From Neoechinorhynchus agilis (lineage: Eukaryota > Animalia > Acanthocephala), in contig CM121341.1 in assembly GCA_051530055.1 (NCBI GenBank), forward strand, positions 930,001 to 994,000: a stretch of 64,000 bases of DNA, read 5' to 3'. A program made the translations under genes and the position numbers. Positions 62,960 to 64,000 of this stretch are shown here, one piece after another (the stretch's first letter is position 1; each line of letters begins with the position of its first letter). The notes below the pieces were generated by a model. That model had not been told where the DNA came from. It did no database searches and saw only the letters and a program-made list of their open reading frames with translations.

Positions 62960-63380
62960 TCACACACACACAATATTTCCTAAGTTTCATCGGATTTCTT
63001 CGGATATGAAGAAATCCGACGAAACTTAGGAAATATTGTGTGTGCGAAAGGGAATTAATCTCTATTTTCTCAGTCATTAAACAAAAAAGAAATCCTACCT
63101 CCACCTTTTAACAGTTTGAAGAAATCCGACGAAACTTAAGAAATATTGTGTGTGCGAAAGGGAATTAATCTCTATTTTCGCAATTTTTTTTAACTTTTTT
63201 TATTTATTTAACCAAAAGCAAGCATACATAATTTATAGTTTCTTCGGCGCTCCTATTCGATAGGGAAAAATACAAACAAAAAAGAAATCCTACCTCCACC
63301 TTTTAACAGTTTGAAGAAATCCGACGAAACTTATGAAATATTGTGTGTGCGAAAGGGAATTAATCTCTATTTTTTCAATC
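62960..63380. repeat. Short inverted plus tandem repeat cluster upstream of the LysM gene
   Basis: TGAAGAAATCCGACGAAACTTA.GAAATATTGTGTGTG occurs three times in direct and once in inverted orientation; resembles 42405-42540. Confidence 0.8.
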
Positions 63381-63804
63381 ATTAAACAAAAATCCTATAT
63401 TTTGGAAACACAATCCTGTGCTTTGATTAAGGTAGTTTACTTGTGACCGAAATATCGAACTCAAATTTTCCGCCATATAAAAACATCAAAACAATTGAAT
63501 CTTCAAACGATTCCTAAAATCAAATCTTTGTATCTTAGTTCCCGAGGTTTTGGACGCCCCAAAGTCGATTTGTCGTTGTGTGTACCAGAATCTGGTGCTT
63601 CGTATTGAACCAGCTTGTGAAAATTTTTAGGTTCGGTTCCTGCTGTTGCCTTACAAAAAGTACCCAATTTCACTTTAGGTTTCTATATTCAGTGTAATAG
63701 GTTTAATTTGAAACAAACAAAAAACGTGGCCGAAAATGTTTTGTAAAGATGTTATCCAAAGATTGTTTTTGGTCGGCCGAAGTGAAGAAAAATAATTCAA
63801 ATTT

Positions 63805-64000
63805 CGACATGCGAGGAGTAGGTACCGGGATATTTGATTAGAAAATTATCGTTTAAAAGTTTTAACCTGAGAAATAATTTTTTGCACTAAAGACGTTTCG
63901 AACCTCGTCATGTTCATCATCCGTTTAAGTGTCTTAATTACTAACAAACTGATAATGAACCCGACGAGGTTCAAAAAGTCTTTAGTGCAAAAATTATTTC
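63805..64000. mobile_element. Miniature hammerhead fold-back family copy, cut by the window end
   Basis: CGACATGCGAGGAGTAGGTACCGG tail; inverted TGCACTAAAGAC..GAACCTCGTC arms. Confidence 0.75.

Overview
Eukaryotic, AT-rich genomic DNA, most likely from a fast-evolving animal with compact genes (inference from divergent NF-YC, HDDC2, TRMT5, UTP25, WDR43, LYSMD3/4-like, tetraspanin and CAP-domain genes with mostly 46-96 nt introns). Genes sit among retroelement debris (Ty3/Gypsy, CR1/L2-type and CRE-type LINEs, Penelope-like elements), an ABCB pseudogene and three satellite arrays. No rRNA, complete tRNA or CRISPR array is supportable. Two systems stand out. (1) Several essential genes are split by short fold-back segments that restore the conserved protein only if removed as introns ending in AG but starting with non-GT dinucleotides (CG, AA, AC). 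In three of them, and in two GT-AG introns, the terminal stem has the same register (intron nt +2 pairs with nt -6). This suggests structure-guided non-canonical splicing. Each case has a weaker GT-AG alternative, so RNA evidence is needed. (2) More than 20 minimal hammerhead-ribozyme motifs occur, mostly as divergent pairs inside 130-330 bp fold-back elements. These have a ~35 nt one-sided tail and 12-13 bp target-site duplications and look like miniature Penelope derivatives. Several use the compensatory U3:A8 core. All calls come from manual reading; no database search or folding program was run, and repeat boundaries are approximate.
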